Part shown: in pieces, positions 61,849 through 64,000 of the stretch
Position numbering within the stretch: the first letter of the stretch is position 1
How the letters are laid out: every line of letters starts with the position of its first letter
Assembly: GCA_907165135.1 (NCBI GenBank)
Contig: OU015567.1
Coordinates: forward strand, 7,688,001-7,752,000
Direction: 5' to 3'
Length of the DNA stretch: 64,000 bases
DNA from: Oikopleura dioica
Lineage: Eukaryota > Animalia > Chordata
Translations under genes and position numbers: made by a program
Notes under the pieces: model-generated
Seen by the model: only the letters and a program-made list of their open reading frames with translations
Databases searched by the model: none
Told to the model about the DNA's origin: nothing

Positions 61849-64000
61849 ATGGGCTCAACAGGTCCCTGCTGGAAAGCGGCCTTTGAAAAGCTTGAATTTG
61901 GCGCTCCGGACAGGTAATTTCTTAAAAATCAGTAGATCTGGCATTTCTCTAACTGATCATCAATCGCACTACCAGTGACTTTATATTGATCATTTATGTA
62001 GGACTAGAAACGTTAAGAAGGGGAAAGAACATTCTAGCATTTTCCAGTACAATTACAATTGTCGATCGAGAATCGAATCAATAGAATTACGACTACAAAG
62101 GTCCTTATTTATTACATAGGATGTTTGTAGGAAAAATACAATCATTTGGTGAATGAATATTTACTTTGAACAAATACCAATAGCGTAGTAAAACTTTGAT
62201 TCAATTATTCAGCTATCTTACGATGCTGGACCACATGGGCGACCGGCTGGATCCGTCTTCCGGCCGCGAGCTCACCGAATGGGCTTTGGCGAATGAAAAA
62301 TTTAACAGGAAATATTCGCAAATGCATGAAAATTTCACACCTAAGTGAGTTCGTCTATTCTTGTCGCAGTTTGTGTTTATTTTTGCATTGTTGCGAATCC
62401 TCGAAGCCAAAAGTTCGAAAAAGTAGAGTTCAACAGGGATGAATTTTCTAATTGGAGTCCTCCAGGATTGTTGGAAGCTGCGAGAATCTAATTCCGTTAA
62501 CACTAACTATTAGCACTATTGATTATTCATCCTAATCGCTAAAATACTTTTTTCCAACTCGAAGGGGCAGCGTACCTCGAAAATGTCGATAAGAATCACT
62601 GGGTTGAGATCATTTCCTCGTCGATAAAACAGGCTCAAATCGATTTTCAACCCTTGAAAAGCCAGACATGAAGATGGAAGTCGATCAAGATTCAGTGGCC
62701 AGCAAGCAAGAAACTCCTTGGTACATGGGCAAAGCTGCCAATCGAGTCATTTATTATCCGCCAGCAAAGTCGGCTCCACACCCTGATGATGTGGAAATGA
62801 AGGAGCAGGAAAGTAAGAAACGAAAAAGGAAAGCAGCCAATAAGAAGGAAAATGACCCGTGTGGAAAAGGAAGAGTTTCATCGATTCATATTAGTCTTGA
62901 TTTTTATTATCACAACTTGAAACTTGAGTCAGCCCGAAAACCAGCCGTCAGTGTGCCGGCGCCTTTTTTACACACTGCTGCTGATGAACTCGTTCGCCAG
63001 GCCGAAAAGCAAAACAAGCCGGTTACATCTCCTCCATCAACCGGCAGACCCGTCAAGATTCCAACCTTCAGCACGCCATACATTGGAAGTGTATTTACTA
63101 AAAACAAGAAAGAAGAAGAACATGATGGGATCAAAGGAATCGACAAGAAACTGGTGGACATAATCGAGAATGAAATTATGAACACAAAGAAGAATATGTC
63201 CTGGGATGACATCGCTGGATTGAAAACAGCCAAAGAGGCCATCAATTATGCTGTTATAGCACCGATGAAACGGCCCGATCTGTTTACGGGCATTCGATCA
63301 GCCCCCAAGGGGGTTCTTCTTTTTGGACCACCAGGTTGAGATTCATTAAATTTGCTCGATTCTTTATTGTTTTCTTAGGAACAGGGAAGACATTGATTGG
63401 AAAATGTATCGCAAGTCAAGCAGGAGCCACGTTTTTCTCGATTTCTGCTTCTTCCTTGACTTCGAAGTGGATCGGGGAGGGAGAAAAATTGGTGAAAGTC
63501 CTGTTCACCCTTGCGAGAAGAAAAGCTCCAAGTGTCGTGTTTGTCGACGAAATTGACTCAATGTTGAGCGCAAGATCAGAGCAAGAGCATGATGCTAGTC
63601 GACGAATCAAGGAAGAGATTTGCGACTTCTTAGATTTCACTTTCTTATGAAATTTATTTTCAATCTACGCAAAGACAGAATTCCTGGTCCAAATGGATGG
63701 TTGCCGAGAAGACGAAGACGGTAAAATTGTCCTCTTGATCGGCGCAACGAACCGTCCCGAGTGCTTGGACGAAGCTGCCCGCCGTCGTCTTACTCGACGT
63801 TTATACATTCCACTGCCTTGCCACGATGCTAGGCGACAAATTATCAACGATCTGCTGAAAGATCAGACGCATACGCTTACACCCCGCGATTTTGACAAGC
63901 TGGTCGAGGGAACAGAAGGGTACTCTGGTGCTGATTTGAACTCTCTCTGTCGTGAGGCCGCACTCATGCCGATGAAGGTAATTCAAAAACTTGGAATTCA
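61849..64000 (+). CDS. FIGNL1: Fidgetin-like 1 AAA+ ATPase, multi-exon, truncated at the window end; start codon tentative
   Basis: [10 protein letters not shown]…[15 protein letters not shown]…[25 protein letters not shown]|[36 protein letters not shown]…TEFLVQMDG…[16 protein letters not shown]…EGYSGAD. Candidate 5' exons from ATG 61849 (preceded by TTTTAG) and ~62213-62344. Confidence 0.88.

Overview
Eukaryotic, intron-rich, very compact animal DNA. Most introns are 35-60 nt, some need GA/GC donors, and several genes sit in tandem with a splice acceptor directly before the ATG. This is most consistent with the larvacean tunicate Oikopleura dioica or a close relative (inferred, not database-checked). 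Genes, left to right: a >2,700-aa secreted C-type-lectin/cysteine-rich protein (truncated by the window edge); an intronless achaete-scute-like bHLH, present twice as an ~860-bp inverted duplication 38 kb apart; rabankyrin-5 (ANKFY1); an EAG K+ channel with an MFF-like gene nested in an intron; several orphan proteins; a ~10-kb gene-poor stretch; an intron-containing DUF1254/DUF1214 gene of bacterial type; AdipoR; a DD3-3-like gene; DSCC1; a WD40 gene; Hsc70; Hsp90; FIGNL1 (truncated). Best discoveries: (1) two non-autonomous DNA transposons with different TSD/TIR signatures sit inside apparent exons, each with GT..AG sites placed so it can be spliced out in frame (candidate introners; one restores the sequence perfectly); (2) three intronic C/D snoRNAs in Hsp70/Hsp90: a U36/snR47 homologue and a duplicated pair with a compensatory box C/box D change; (3) a candidate horizontally acquired DUF1254/DUF1214 gene; (4) a candidate Hsp90-Hsc70-WD40-DSCC1 operon behind a perfect five-unit heat-shock element. 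All family assignments come from recalled motifs; no searches were run.
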